Shown here one piece after another: positions 45,642 to 56,423 of a stretch of DNA of 64,000 bases. Each line of letters starts with the position of its first letter. Position 1 is the stretch's first letter. The stretch is from Smithellaceae bacterium (GTDB taxonomy: Bacteria; Desulfobacterota; Syntrophia; Syntrophales; Smithellaceae). Both the position numbers and the translations under genes were made by a program. The notes below the pieces were generated by a model. It searched no databases and had not been told where the DNA came from. It saw only the letters and a list, made by a program, of their open reading frames with translations. The stretch covers positions 2,080,001 to 2,144,000 of the forward strand of contig CAXXVL010000002.1 of assembly GCA_963667845.2 (NCBI GenBank). Reading direction: 5' to 3'.

Positions 45642-47912
45642 TTAGTTGGGATCGCCCAGACCGGCAACATAATCGTGGATGATCTGGTTGGTGCAGACTT
45701 CATAGTATTTCCTGGACGTCGCACGGGTTATCCCGAGTGTGTCGGGATCGACTTCGTAGACGAGAGATTCGCGAATGGCCAGCAGCTGGAACGTCCCGCT
45801 GATCGTCGGCACCTTGCCGGTATACAGTTGAATGTCCTCACCGTATTGGGCTTTGAAGGTTATCCTCGTTAAATTGATTTCGCGGGAGAGTTTGGCAAAA
45901 GCTTCTTCGCTTAATTCAATGCCGTTGATGTTATAACGCAGGGAGTGGTCATCCGTTTCGTCATCATCTTCGCGGCTATTTTTAAATACGTAAAGATTAT
46001 ACAACGGGTTGCGATCCGTGAGACGGCTGCGCAGATTCCTGCTGCAACTCGATAACCGGTCGGCCATATTGATTGCCGGCGAGATCATGATCGGGGAGTT
46101 GCCGTCAAACAGGTAAGATGGCGGTTCCGGGCTGTAACAGATGCCGATTCCCAGCTCCAGGATGGGCAGATTATTTTCCTGGTTTTTTATATTGTAGCGT
46201 TGAACGATCTGGAGGATTCGCATGGCCAACCCGCAGGCGCGGGCCACGCAGTACCACCCCTGCGGGATGTCCTCTTTTTCAGAAATGGACAAAATAATGG
46301 CATCCCCTTCAATAAATACTTTGACAGCCTCATAATTCCAGAGAATTTCCGAAATCGGGTCGAAGAAATTAAGGCTGAAATGTGATGCCGGATTGAGCCC
46401 CCTGGCTCTCATACTGTTGTTGATATTGATTGAACCGCGAATGTCGGCCTTGATAATGACATGGTCCATGACCGGATTTTCGTCTTGCACGCGCTCGGCC
46501 GGAAGCAGAAATTCGTAGAGCGACCGGTTCCCGCGGGAGAGTTGCAGGATCTTGTCCTCGGTTACCAGGTTGATGGCTGCCATGCTTTCATTGAGGATAC
46601 GCGCATTATAACGATCCCGGTGATAGCGGGAAAACGCTTTGAGAAAATTGAATACATGCCGCTTTTTTTCGGAAGCGGAAGTGTATCTCACCCTCTGAGC
46701 GGCTTGTTTAAGAGGGCCCATCGTAAGGGTGTCTCCATAAACGGACCGCCGATGCTCCAATTGCCGGGTAATGGATCTTCTCGACCAGATATTGGCCAGA
46801 AACTCCCTGATGAGTCTCGGTTCCATCGGCGGGCAATAGACGCCGGTTATCGCTTTAACTTCAAGAGCCGCAATGATCAGTTTGAGCAGGCCGGCTTTCT
46901 TAAACGCCCGGTAAAAGAAATCCAACAGGCTCTGCTGGCGTTTGATCACCTGCCGGAGCTCGCTAAGCCTGTCGGCCGATCCTTTTGAACTTTTTTCTCT
47001 TTCGAATTGCTCTCGCGAGTCAAAAACGTTGAACATCAGATCAATGCTGTCGGTCTCCATGATCCATTGATCGTAAATACTCCTCCGGTCGCCGCCGTCC
47101 GTCTGCGGCGGGGTCACGCCATGCCGGTTTAGACCGGCTGCGGCCATTAAGTCGTAAATAATTGCCAGAACAGTGTCATAGTTGTCCGGATCGCCGGCGT
47201 GTTTGCCCAGAAGGACGTATTCGTCGATGAGAAAAAAATCATCGGAGGGATTCGCAGTGTGCAGGACAGGATTGTTGAAAAAAACATCCGGCAGAATTTG
47301 CTCGGATCGAAAATGCGTTTCCCGCATCTCACGCAAGTTTTTCGTTTGAATGTCCATGAGCAGTGAAAATAACTCTTCTCCGGCCTGCCGGATGATGCGA
47401 TTTTGATTCAGTTTGACTTCAGTCAGCTTCTTCCGGGCTCTGAATTCTTCATGGTCCGCCTGTTTGGGCGAAAGCTGATACGAATTGATCTGCCGTTCAA
47501 AGAACGCCACGAGATCTCTGAATTGGCTTTTAACCTCTTCCAAAAACATTTTGGAGAGGGCGACCTGACCGAGGTAATCTATCCGATGTTCGCCTTTGAT
47601 TTTGGCTCTGTTGATGGCGTCCTGCAGAACATCCGCGCACAGGTGTTTCAGATGATCCTTTTCACTTTCACAGACGTCTCTTTTGTAGTCCGGGAAATAG
47701 AAATCCGCATGGCTGTGCTTGATGATGATCCCCCACGCGGTCTTTTCCAGAGTATTGGAAAGCTGCGGGCTGATGCGGACGTCGATATGGATGTTGTCCA
47801 CGCCGAAAACCAGTCCGTCCAGGGTAATGTCGACGAGATAAGGCTTCAGGGGCAGATCCTTGAGATCTTGCGGCTTACTCAATGACTGGAAAATGTTCAG
47901 CATACGATACAT
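45642..47912 (-). CDS. Large protein with a C-terminal class III nucleotidyl cyclase domain
   Basis: KADIRGS, FIEGDAII, LGIGI, AINMADRL. Confidence 0.75.
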   Translation of the reverse strand: MYRMLNIFQSLSKPQDLKDLPLKPYLVDITLDGLVFGVDNIHIDVRISPQLSNTLEKTAWGIIIKHSHADFYFPDYKRDVCESEKDHLKHLCADVLQDAINRAKIKGEHRIDYLGQVALSKMFLEEVKSQFRDLVAFFERQINSYQLSPKQADHEEFRARKKLTEVKLNQNRIIRQAGEELFSLLMDIQTKNLREMRETHFRSEQILPDVFFNNPVLHTANPSDDFFLIDEYVLLGKHAGDPDNYDTVLAIIYDLMAAAGLNRHGVTPPQTDGGDRRSIYDQWIMETDSIDLMFNVFDSREQFEREKSSKGSADRLSELRQVIKRQQSLLDFFYRAFKKAGLLKLIIAALEVKAITGVYCPPMEPRLIREFLANIWSRRSITRQLEHRRSVYGDTLTMGPLKQAAQRVRYTSASEKKRHVFNFLKAFSRYHRDRYNARILNESMAAINLVTEDKILQLSRGNRSLYEFLLPAERVQDENPVMDHVIIKADIRGSININNSMRARGLNPASHFSLNFFDPISEILWNYEAVKVFIEGDAIILSISEKEDIPQGWYCVARACGLAMRILQIVQRYNIKNQENNLPILELGIGICYSPEPPSYLFDGNSPIMISPAINMADRLSSCSRNLRSRLTDRNPLYNLYVFKNSREDDDETDDHSLRYNINGIELSEEAFAKLSREINLTRITFKAQYGEDIQLYTGKVPTISGTFQLLAIRESLVYEVDPDTLGITRATSRKYYEVCTNQIIHDYVAGLGDPN

Positions 47913-48088
47913 ACATCCGGGCCGTTAATTATTTCTGCGATGGTTCTCAGTGTCACGCGATTCATCCTGCTTTCCCCTGATCGAGGGGTAAGGCGGTCTC
48001 TTTTAAGGTTTTTCACGCGGCGCCCGAAGCAAGAGACGCTCGGAAAATACAATCAGACCCGCGAAAACTTACGGACAAGACAGATACA

Positions 48089-49153
48089 CTACTTGCTTCC
48101 GAGTTGCTCCTTGAGCTTGGCGCGATTCTTAATGGCGTCGTTGACGCGGCCGAGCGCCAAAGTAATATCATCATCCGGTTTTCCCAGGAGTCGATCCGAC
48201 TGCTTATAGAGGGACAGCGCATTTTCCAGATCCCCCCGGCTTTCCGCGCAGACCCCCAGATTATACAGCAGGGCATGAGAGCCCGCGGCCAGGTTGCGGG
48301 CGTCCCCCCAGAGCTCGCAGGCGTTGTCCATGCGGCCTTTGTCGGCGTACTCCATGCCGCGCTTGAGTTTGTCGATCGCCTCTTTGGAAGCGATGCCGTC
48401 CGTGGAATCCATCAGTTTGATTTCCCGGGTGATGTAGTAAGGCGCTACGTCGCGGCGGAAGTCTTTTTTGACCCGTTCTTTCGCCTGTTCCAGAAGAACG
48501 ATTTCACTCTGAACCGGCCGCGTATCATCACAACCGGAGGAATCCGCCATTGCAGTCAGGCTGCGGGCATAGATAACCCGGCCGGTTGCGACATCCACCA
48601 GCCGCGGCGCCGCGGCAAAATTAGCAATCCGTTTCACGCAGTGAACATTGTAATAACGCCATTGAATGCAGGCGCCCTCGTAGACGCGTCCCTTGTCGTC
48701 CCTTTTCTGTTCATAGCGCGTACAGGTTTGCCTTCTTTCCGAATAATGACTGTCGTCATAGTTGTTGCGGGTGACGATGCCGGTGTATATTCCCTGGGCG
48801 CCGACGAGTTTGCCGAGCTTTACAGCGGTCTTCTCATCCACCAGTCCGCTTTGTGAAAACTTCATTTCGCTGACCACCTTGTCGATGGAGGCCCGATCGA
48901 CCAGCGTAAAGTACTGTTTGTCGTCGATTCCCACTCCCGCGATGACGCTCTCCAACTCTGCGGCAAACTCTCTTCCGCCGGGGCCCGAAAAGGGCAGGAC
49001 GGCAACGGCTTTGGTCAGCGAAGCCTCATGGTATTGCGCCGGCTGAAGCATGTTGATGCGAATTTTCGTCGCGCAGCCGGATAACAGGGTAAAACCGATG
49101 CAAAAAGTAATGAGCATAAGAACGTTGTGATGTCTGAAAAGTCGGTGCACCAT
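48089..49153 (-). CDS. CsgG/HfaB-family lipoprotein with C-terminal TPR
   Basis: Lipobox LSGC; LVDRASIDKVVSE...GLVD...KLGKLVGA; LLYNLGVCAE. Confidence 0.8.
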   Translation of the reverse strand: MVHRLFRHHNVLMLITFCIGFTLLSGCATKIRINMLQPAQYHEASLTKAVAVLPFSGPGGREFAAELESVIAGVGIDDKQYFTLVDRASIDKVVSEMKFSQSGLVDEKTAVKLGKLVGAQGIYTGIVTRNNYDDSHYSERRQTCTRYEQKRDDKGRVYEGACIQWRYYNVHCVKRIANFAAAPRLVDVATGRVIYARSLTAMADSSGCDDTRPVQSEIVLLEQAKERVKKDFRRDVAPYYITREIKLMDSTDGIASKEAIDKLKRGMEYADKGRMDNACELWGDARNLAAGSHALLYNLGVCAESRGDLENALSLYKQSDRLLGKPDDDITLALGRVNDAIKNRAKLKEQLGSK

Positions 49154-49171
49154 AAGGCATGTCCTCTCTGT

Positions 49172-49894
49172 CTATTCGTCAAGATCAATGGATGATTTGG
49201 TTTTCGCTCTGCGCCGGGTTTCTTTTGCCGAATATTTCTTCAGGCAGTCTTCGTCTTTCAGGACCAGCGAGCATTCCAGGTAATCGGTGATCTCTACGAT
49301 GCAGCCGCGAATGACTTTGCCGGTGGGCGTCTTGGCCTGTTTGCCCAGAGAGCCGGACAATCCCGGAACCATCCCCGACGGACCGCTTACCCGCATGCCG
49401 CCGGACGTGGACGTTGCTTCAACCGTCCGGGTATCGACGATCTCTCCGGTTTCCGCATCCACGACCTTCAGGTCCACGGCAATATAGGCGGTCTTCTTGC
49501 CGCCGCCGAAGGAGAATCCGCGGTAATTGACTCCGCCGCCGTCGCTACCGCTTTCTTCAAAGGCCGAAACCGTGGCGGCGACCAGATATTGTGCGACTTT
49601 GATTCGTCCCGTCTTCAGCTTTGTCGATGAATCCACCATGCCGGATTCGCTCAATTGCTGTTCGCTGACAACTGACTTCAACTCCCGACGTTCCAGAACG
49701 CGAAATGATTTGGTTGATGCGAGTTCGTTGATGAGCAGGTCCTGCAGTTCTGTCGCCGTCGACCCCGACCACCAGGGAGCATGGGCGGTATTCGTGAAGC
49801 GGAGCACGCCGATGCGCGGTTTTTCCTGAGCGAGCGCAGCCGTCGCGCCCGCCAAAATCAATAAACTGATCATTACGAAAAATATTTTTTTCAT
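49172..49894 (-). CDS. CsgG/HfaB-family exported protein
   Basis: FRVLERRELKSVVSEQQL; AVDLKVVDAETGEI. Confidence 0.85.
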   Translation of the reverse strand: MKKIFFVMISLLILAGATAALAQEKPRIGVLRFTNTAHAPWWSGSTATELQDLLINELASTKSFRVLERRELKSVVSEQQLSESGMVDSSTKLKTGRIKVAQYLVAATVSAFEESGSDGGGVNYRGFSFGGGKKTAYIAVDLKVVDAETGEIVDTRTVEATSTSGGMRVSGPSGMVPGLSGSLGKQAKTPTGKVIRGCIVEITDYLECSLVLKDEDCLKKYSAKETRRRAKTKSSIDLDE

Positions 49895-49924
49895 GACGCA
49901 GGTCCTCCCGGATTCAGTCAAGCA

Positions 49925-51064
49925 TTAGTCGGTTTGCTTCGAATAGTCCAACGTCAGCGAGTAAGGGGAAAAGTTAACGAGCCTGAAGTCACCCTTTTGC
50001 TTGATGCTGTTGGCCAGGTAAAGCGTGTTTTCAGGATAGCTCACCATGAAAGATCCCATGGCCTTTTCTTCCACGGCCGACACCCAGACGATACTTTGCA
50101 GAAGGGATTTTACTTCCAGCACGGTTTCCAGATCGCGCACGCCGTTAATCTGGACGGCCACCTTTTTCGTATTTCCTTGAATATACTCTCCGATTTTGGC
50201 AAGCAGAGCCGGCGCCAGATTTTCCGCCAGTTCCTTCATGGCTTTTGCTGCAGCGTCCTGGGTCGAATTGGCAAGCGCCTTGGCTTCTTCCGTGCCGACG
50301 GCCAATATGTCCATCTGGCCCGTTTTGTTGTTTTTGGAAATGATCCGATAGTTGAGGCGTACCGTGACATTGTTGAAAGGCATGGACAGGCCATAGCCGA
50401 TATTTTCGCCTTTTTTAGTGGAAATCGTGTAGTCCACTTTCCCGATAATGATCAGGTTGGACAAGAATTTATACATCATGCTGCGCAGGGCGAGTGTTTG
50501 GCCGGAACGCACGGCGCGCTCGACGTCCAGCGCACCGATGGTCTGTGTGGGAGCGACATCGACCACGGTGTAGCCCTGTTCGATCATTTTGGCGACCAGG
50601 GTTTCGGAAAGAATGTTCTTTTCTTCGAACTCATCGCCATGGAGGCCGGGTTTGCGGGCAGGGATAAATAAGGCAATGGAACTGTTCAGACCCAGTTGGG
50701 ATACTGCGTCCCGGGCGCGAGAAGGTTCCACGCAGGCATTGATCTTAACCGTCAGGATATCGTCTTTGATGTTTTCGCTTAAGACATTGTAGCTTTTTAC
50801 CACGCCGCCCGCTTTTGTTTTGATCACATCTTCCACGAGGGTGAAGTTCTGAACAAAACTCTGCGCCTTGATTTCAGCCCCGACAACTTGTTCGATGGCC
50901 GTCCACTTGGCCCGGGCGACGGCTTCCATTTTGGCTGACGGCGTGTCATTCCGAATGACCAATGCTTCGCCGCCGGCATTGATGCACTTTACCTGGGCTC
51001 GCGCGCTGGTTGCTGCAAGGCAAAGGAAGAGAAGAAGAGCGAATAAACAAGCGTGCAATTTCAT
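49925..51064 (-). CDS. Exported protein with FlgT N-terminal-like domain
   Basis: Signal peptide; AKMEAVARAKWTAIEQVVGAEI...GVVKSYNVLSE. Confidence 0.7.
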   Translation of the reverse strand: MKLHACLFALLLFLCLAATSARAQVKCINAGGEALVIRNDTPSAKMEAVARAKWTAIEQVVGAEIKAQSFVQNFTLVEDVIKTKAGGVVKSYNVLSENIKDDILTVKINACVEPSRARDAVSQLGLNSSIALFIPARKPGLHGDEFEEKNILSETLVAKMIEQGYTVVDVAPTQTIGALDVERAVRSGQTLALRSMMYKFLSNLIIIGKVDYTISTKKGENIGYGLSMPFNNVTVRLNYRIISKNNKTGQMDILAVGTEEAKALANSTQDAAAKAMKELAENLAPALLAKIGEYIQGNTKKVAVQINGVRDLETVLEVKSLLQSIVWVSAVEEKAMGSFMVSYPENTLYLANSIKQKGDFRLVNFSPYSLTLDYSKQTD

Positions 51065-51266
51065 TGTTCCACCTCGCATGGCGTCATCAGGTTTCTTTGA
51101 AAAAAACAAAGCCGTACATCTATGAAACTCTCGGTACCCTAGCATAAAGCAAATCGATTTTCAAATTGCCAATACGAAAGGACGCCTCGATGCCGGTATG
51201 TAAGTTTTAGCCCCGGCATTTCGGGGTTGATCTTGGGATTTTGGCTCTAAAACGGGAGAATCTGTA

Positions 51267-52661
51267 TCACTTACCGATGCAGAAACTGGAGAAGATTTTA
51301 TCGAGAATATCGTTCTGAATCTTCCTGCCGGTGATTTCATCAAGAGCGTCCAGGGCGCAGCGGACTTCAAAAGCTGCGATTTCCGGGGAATGGCCTGCAG
51401 CAAGCAAATCCACGGCTGCGGTCAGATTGGCCAGTGCTTTTTCCAGCGACTGTTTGTGGCGCAGCTGTGTGATCATGTATCCGTTGTCCGATGCCGCGGA
51501 GCTCGGCGTGAAAGCAGCACATGTAGCCGTTTTCAGGGCATCCAGCCCCGAGCCGAATTTGGCTGAAATGTCGAGGTAATTGACGTGCGCCGGGAAGCGG
51601 TCTGTAAGCTGGTCGGGCCCCCAGGCGCGGGGAAGATCGGATTTATTGACGGCGATAATGACCTTATCGGCGCGCTCTTTCAGTTGCGCAAGCAGACGAT
51701 CGTCTTCTTCCGTGAGCGGTTTGCTGCCGTCGAGCAGAAGCACGATGACGTCCGCTTTTTCCAGGAATTCCCAGACGAGGTCAATCCCTTCCTTTTCGAT
51801 GGCATCCTGCGGCTCGCGGATGCCGGCGGTATCCGTGAGGTGAACGCACAGGCCGTCCAGAGTAATCGTGTCCGTGATCAGGTCGCGGGTGGTGCCGGGG
51901 ATATCCGTGACAATTGCTTTTTTTCTGCCGGCCAGATTGTTGAGCAGGCTGGACTTGCCCACGTTGGGCTTGCCGGTGATAATAACGTTGATGCCTTCTG
52001 TGATTAAACGGGCCTGCCGGTAAGTGGATAGAAGGAATTCGATTCCGGTTGCGGCTTCATGGATCTGCGGCGGGACGGGGGCCGTTTCGTGTTCGGAAAT
52101 GTCTTCGGAAAAATCAATGGCCGCCTCCACCACGGCCAGCGCGTCGACAAGCCCTTCGCGCAATTCGCTGATCTTAAAGCCCAGCGATCCCTTTAATTGA
52201 GCCAGCCCCACCTGGTATGCTTTGGCCGATTGAGCCGAGATCACGGCCGCCAGGGCCTCCGCCTGCGTCAAATCGATGCGGCCATTGAGAAAAGCGCGCA
52301 GCGAAAATTCTCCGGGCCGGGCCAGGCGGCAGCCCAGAGCGGTCAATTGTTCAAGAATGGTCCGAAGGATCAAAGGATTGCCGTGACAGGAAATTTCCAG
52401 AACGTCCTCGCCGGTGAAGGAGTGCGGCCCGCGCATGAGCGTTATCAGGACTTCATCGAGAAGGGTTGTCCCGTCGGCCGTCACGATATCTCCGTGATAG
52501 GCATGATGGCTCTGCCAGCCGCAGGTATGACTTGAGGGACGAAAAAGGAGCCTTCCTAATTCAGGGGCCGCAGGTCCGCTGACTCGAATGACGCCCAACC
52601 CCGCCGTGCCGAGCGGCGTGGCGATGGCTGCGATAGTATCTGTCTCCGTCATATGTTTCAC
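51267..52661 (-). CDS. mnmE: tRNA modification GTPase MnmE
   Basis: DTIAAIATP, GKPNVGKSSL, GTTRD, DTAG, NKSD, FCIGK. Confidence 0.97.
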   Translation of the reverse strand: MKHMTETDTIAAIATPLGTAGLGVIRVSGPAAPELGRLLFRPSSHTCGWQSHHAYHGDIVTADGTTLLDEVLITLMRGPHSFTGEDVLEISCHGNPLILRTILEQLTALGCRLARPGEFSLRAFLNGRIDLTQAEALAAVISAQSAKAYQVGLAQLKGSLGFKISELREGLVDALAVVEAAIDFSEDISEHETAPVPPQIHEAATGIEFLLSTYRQARLITEGINVIITGKPNVGKSSLLNNLAGRKKAIVTDIPGTTRDLITDTITLDGLCVHLTDTAGIREPQDAIEKEGIDLVWEFLEKADVIVLLLDGSKPLTEEDDRLLAQLKERADKVIIAVNKSDLPRAWGPDQLTDRFPAHVNYLDISAKFGSGLDALKTATCAAFTPSSAASDNGYMITQLRHKQSLEKALANLTAAVDLLAAGHSPEIAAFEVRCALDALDEITGRKIQNDILDKIFSSFCIGK

Positions 52662-52767
52662 ATTAGGCGATAGACGATGGGCAATAGGCTTTTCGACTGT
52701 TAGGCTGTAGGCAAATAGCCATCGATTTTCTACGAGCTACGAGCTATGAGCTACCATCCACAAAAAG

Positions 52768-53775
52768 CTATTGCCGGCTTTTGCCGGTTCTGCCCGTCTG
52801 GCCGCTCACGCCTTTCTTTGCGGGTAGAACGATGACCTTCCGATACTCGCCTTCACCGCGGCTTTTCGTGATGAGCGCATCATCTTCCTGCAGCGCCAGA
52901 TGAATAATCCGGCGGTCATGAGCGTTCATATGGCTGAGCGACAGGGGCTTCTGCGTTTTTTTGACTTTATCCCGAATCCGCTGGGCCATGCCAAGGAGGG
53001 ATTCTTCTCTTCTTTTGCGGTATTCTTCGGAGTCGACAACGATCATTTTGCGTTCGGTGTCGGTTTTATTGACCGCCTTGTTTAATAGGTATTGCAGCGC
53101 GTCAAGGTTCTGCCCGCGCCGGCCGATCAGGAGTCCGCTGTCATCTCCGGCGATGCTGAGGATAGCGGTATCGCTCGTTTCCATCGCCGTCACCTGACAT
53201 GCAAAAGTCATTCTGCTCAAAATTCCGGCGAGCAGATCTCTGGCCCTGAGAGCGGAAGCGGAGGTCGCGGGCAGCGCTTCTTCAGCAGGCGCAAGGCGGA
53301 TGGGAGATTCCTGCGGGGCTGCGGGAGCTTCAATTCTTACAGACGATTCACGAGCAGGTTGGGCATCAGATGTCCCGGGCGATGCGGGGGCGGGCCTTCC
53401 GCTTCGCTGTTCCGTTTTAGGTCTTGCTTCGGGCCTGGTCTCCCGTCTGCCTTCGGGCTTTCTGTCCCTTTTCGGGTCCTGCCTGGGATAAGCCTTTGCC
53501 TCGGGCCTTGCTTCCGGTTTTATGTCGGATTTTGCCTCCCGCACGCTATCTTTGGGGGCGATCGGAGAAGCGCCGCTTAATGTAAAATCCATATCCAGTG
53601 ACAGCAGGGAGGCACGGATTTTAGCCTTTTTGGACATCAGGCCTAAAAACCCGTTGGAGCCTTCGGAAATAATTTCAATGTTTAACTTTTCTCTGGGTAC
53701 ACCAAAATCGCGACAGGCTTTTTCAATGGCTCCGTCAATGGTTTTTTCTTCTATTTCTATTGCCTTTGAACTCAT
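52768..53775 (-). CDS. jag: Jag/EloR (KhpB) RNA-binding protein
   Basis: Jag_N domain, KH motif LLIGRRGQNLDALQ, R3H motif RRIIH. Confidence 0.93.
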   Translation of the reverse strand: MSSKAIEIEEKTIDGAIEKACRDFGVPREKLNIEIISEGSNGFLGLMSKKAKIRASLLSLDMDFTLSGASPIAPKDSVREAKSDIKPEARPEAKAYPRQDPKRDRKPEGRRETRPEARPKTEQRSGRPAPASPGTSDAQPARESSVRIEAPAAPQESPIRLAPAEEALPATSASALRARDLLAGILSRMTFACQVTAMETSDTAILSIAGDDSGLLIGRRGQNLDALQYLLNKAVNKTDTERKMIVVDSEEYRKRREESLLGMAQRIRDKVKKTQKPLSLSHMNAHDRRIIHLALQEDDALITKSRGEGEYRKVIVLPAKKGVSGQTGRTGKSRQ

Positions 53776-53798
53776 GTTGAACTCCGCGTACAGGTTGC

Positions 53799-55487
53799 TT
53801 ATGCCAGCTTTCTGTTGATGTAGTATTGCTGGCCGATTTGTAAAATATTATTGAATAGCCAGTAGATGACCAGACCCGCCGGGAAATTCAAAAAGAAAAA
53901 GGTAAAGATGATCGGCATGAACAGCATGATCTTCTGCTGCATGGGATCGCCCATGGCGGGGGTCATTTTCTGCGAGATGAATTGCGTGGCGCCCATAATG
54001 ATCGGCGTGATGTAATAGGGATCCTTGGCCGACAGATCCTGAATCCAGAAGAAAAAGGGCGACTGGCGCAATTCGATGGAATACATCAGCGCCTTGTATA
54101 AGCCGAAAAACACGGGAATCTGGATGAGCATCGGCAGGCATCCGGAAAAGGGATTGACCTTATGTTCGCGGTAGAGCGCCATCGTCTCCTGGCCGATCTT
54201 GGACTGATCATTTTTATATTTTTCCTTCAAGGCGTCTATTTTCGGCTGCAGCTTCTTCATCTCGTTCATGGATTTATAGCTCAGGTTGCCGAGCGGCCAG
54301 AAGATGATTTTAATAATCGTTGTCAAGATGATGATCGCAATACCGTAGTTCAGCACGAATCCGTACAGGAAGTTGAGGATGTACAAGGAGGGAATGGCCA
54401 GCCATTTGAACCAACCGAAATCGATGGCGTTCTCCAGGCCGACACCCAGAGTCTTCAAAATATCATACTGCTTGGGTCCGAGATAAAGCTGATAGGTGAA
54501 AGCGCTGTTTTGTCCGCCGGGAATGACTTCCTTGCGGCCCTTCATACCAACGGTGACCATGTCTGCGGCGTCTCGCGACATCACGACATTGGTCAGCGAC
54601 GGATTTTCCGGAATGAAGGATGCGATAAAATATTTGCTCTCAAATGACCCCCACGGTATGTTGGGACCCAGGACGCTTTCGCCGGTCATCTTTTTGACTT
54701 CCGGCCGTTCAATGCTGCCTCCGACTGAGACGGCGGGGCCATCGTGCCCGTAACTGTCGTCTATTTTTTGAGGATCAACGTATTGATACCAGTTGATTCT
54801 GGGGATCTGTGTGATAGGTGAAGCGCCCAAATTGTAGACTTTGACTTCCAGACCGACAGTGTAACCGGCCGGATCAATCGTAAAAATCTTTTCGATTTTG
54901 ATGTCCCGATACGATTTCGAAAAAACAAGCTGCTTCTTTTCTTTACCGCCCACCAAGTCCAGCTTACTTGCTGTTGTGTCAAAAACCGCATCCGGAGCGA
55001 TGTCCGCGCTGGAGTCGGGAAACGTAACAGCCAGGGGATAAGGCATACCCTCACGCACATCGACCAGTTCAACAAAGTCTTTCGTTTTGGGGTTGGTAAC
55101 TACCGGGGCGCCGGTAAAAAATCCTTTTACCTTCGGCCAGATATCGTCCGTACAGGCGTAGCAGTCCTGATAATAATCTTTGAGCTTCAAAGATTTCAAT
55201 GCAGCGCCGCGCGTAGAGAAGACAGCTGTATAGCGGGGTGTTTCCACTTTTATATCGCGGGGCGGTGCTTCCGGTTTTACCGCCGCTGCTTTGGGTGCAG
55301 TTTTGGCAATGCCCGCTGACGTGACCGGCGCTCCTGCCGGAGCAGCAGCCTTGTCTTTTTTAACCTGATCAGCCGATTGCTGTGGCGTTGCGGCTTTTTG
55401 CGGCACGGTCGGTTTGACAAAAAAGATTTGGTAAACCAGGAGAACGGCCAATGCCAGGACGATCGCTAAAATGGTCCTTTTATCCAT
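53799..55487 (-). CDS. yidC: Membrane protein insertase YidC
   Basis: YLGPK, IDFGWF, NPFSGCLP, WIQDLS, GLVIYW. Confidence 0.97.
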   Translation of the reverse strand: MDKRTILAIVLALAVLLVYQIFFVKPTVPQKAATPQQSADQVKKDKAAAPAGAPVTSAGIAKTAPKAAAVKPEAPPRDIKVETPRYTAVFSTRGAALKSLKLKDYYQDCYACTDDIWPKVKGFFTGAPVVTNPKTKDFVELVDVREGMPYPLAVTFPDSSADIAPDAVFDTTASKLDLVGGKEKKQLVFSKSYRDIKIEKIFTIDPAGYTVGLEVKVYNLGASPITQIPRINWYQYVDPQKIDDSYGHDGPAVSVGGSIERPEVKKMTGESVLGPNIPWGSFESKYFIASFIPENPSLTNVVMSRDAADMVTVGMKGRKEVIPGGQNSAFTYQLYLGPKQYDILKTLGVGLENAIDFGWFKWLAIPSLYILNFLYGFVLNYGIAIIILTTIIKIIFWPLGNLSYKSMNEMKKLQPKIDALKEKYKNDQSKIGQETMALYREHKVNPFSGCLPMLIQIPVFFGLYKALMYSIELRQSPFFFWIQDLSAKDPYYITPIIMGATQFISQKMTPAMGDPMQQKIMLFMPIIFTFFFLNFPAGLVIYWLFNNILQIGQQYYINRKLA

Positions 55488-55509
55488 GTGGAACCTCCAA
55501 TTTCATTGT

Positions 55510-55737
55510 TTACTTGACGGGATCGTAACCGCCGGGATGCAGGGGATTGCAGCGCAGAATTCTTTTTGCCCCCAGATAGGTCCCTTTCGCCGGTCCATAC
55601 AATTTAATCGCGTCAATGGTGTATTGCGAACAGGACGGGTGAAAACGGCAAGATGAAGCAAAAAAGAATGGTGAAATACAGGCTTGGTATATACGAACCA
55701 TGAAAACAAAGACATTTACCAAAGCTTTTTTGAACAT
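55510..55737 (-). CDS. yidD: Membrane protein insertion efficiency factor YidD
   Basis: CRFHPSCSQY...RILRCNP..GGYDPV. Confidence 0.95.
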   Translation of the reverse strand: MFKKALVNVFVFMVRIYQACISPFFFASSCRFHPSCSQYTIDAIKLYGPAKGTYLGAKRILRCNPLHPGGYDPVK

Positions 55738-55740
55738 AGT

Positions 55741-56088
55741 TTATCTGCCGGTCTTGCGGTGGAAGAGTTCAGTCAATTCTTGTTCTGTTTCCTGATAAGT
55801 GAGAGGCGGTAGATTTCTTTTTGCCATGACGACAACGTCATTTCCCGCGGGAAACAAGTCTTTATTGCGGCGGAAGAATTCCCGAATCAGTCGTTTTGTG
55901 CGATTGCGGAAGACGGCATTTCCCGTCTTTTTCGTCACAGTGATTCCCAGGCGTTTGACCCCATTCGGATTGCCGCATGCTATGATCGTAAAGAACCGAG
56001 AACTTCTTCTGACCCCCTGTTCATAAATAATCCGATAGTTGCTTTTGCTGGTGACCTTTTCCGCTCTCCGGTAAGAGTGTGCTTTCAT
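55741..56088 (-). CDS. rnpA: Ribonuclease P protein component
   Basis: [25 protein letters not shown]. Confidence 0.95.
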   Translation of the reverse strand: MKAHSYRRAEKVTSKSNYRIIYEQGVRRSSRFFTIIACGNPNGVKRLGITVTKKTGNAVFRNRTKRLIREFFRRNKDLFPAGNDVVVMAKRNLPPLTYQETEQELTELFHRKTGR

Positions 56089-56131
56089 GGATGAAAACCC
56101 GATGCCCAGCAAGTCGCTAAGATCACGATAT

Positions 56132-56269
56132 TTATACGGTTAAACTTTTTCTGCCCTTGGCTCTGCGGCGGTTTAAAACCTGCCTGCCGGTTTTCGATGC
56201 CATGCGGACGAGAAAGCCATGGGATCTCTTTCTCTTGGTATTAGATTTATTGGTCAAAGTCTTTTTCAT
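56132..56269 (-). CDS. rpmH: 50S ribosomal protein L34 (not in the ORF track)
   Basis: Manual translation: [45 protein letters not shown]. Confidence 0.95.
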   Translation of the reverse strand: MKKTLTNKSNTKRKRSHGFLVRMASKTGRQVLNRRRAKGRKSLTV

Positions 56270-56423
56270 GTTTAAACCCCTCGAAGTAATAAGGTGATGC
56301 GTAAATCATAGTCGTATTTATTTGTCAAGATTAAAGTGGTTTGCCATAGATAACGGGAAAGTAGATATTTCGTTCGCAAAATGGTATTAACCCCCATCTC
56401 CGGGAACCGAAAAGGATGTCAGC

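Noticed and set aside
52728..52755. 7-bp tandem repeats (CTACGAG; also CAAGGTK at 23981-24010)
   Set aside because: Short intergenic low-complexity runs with no supporting structure.
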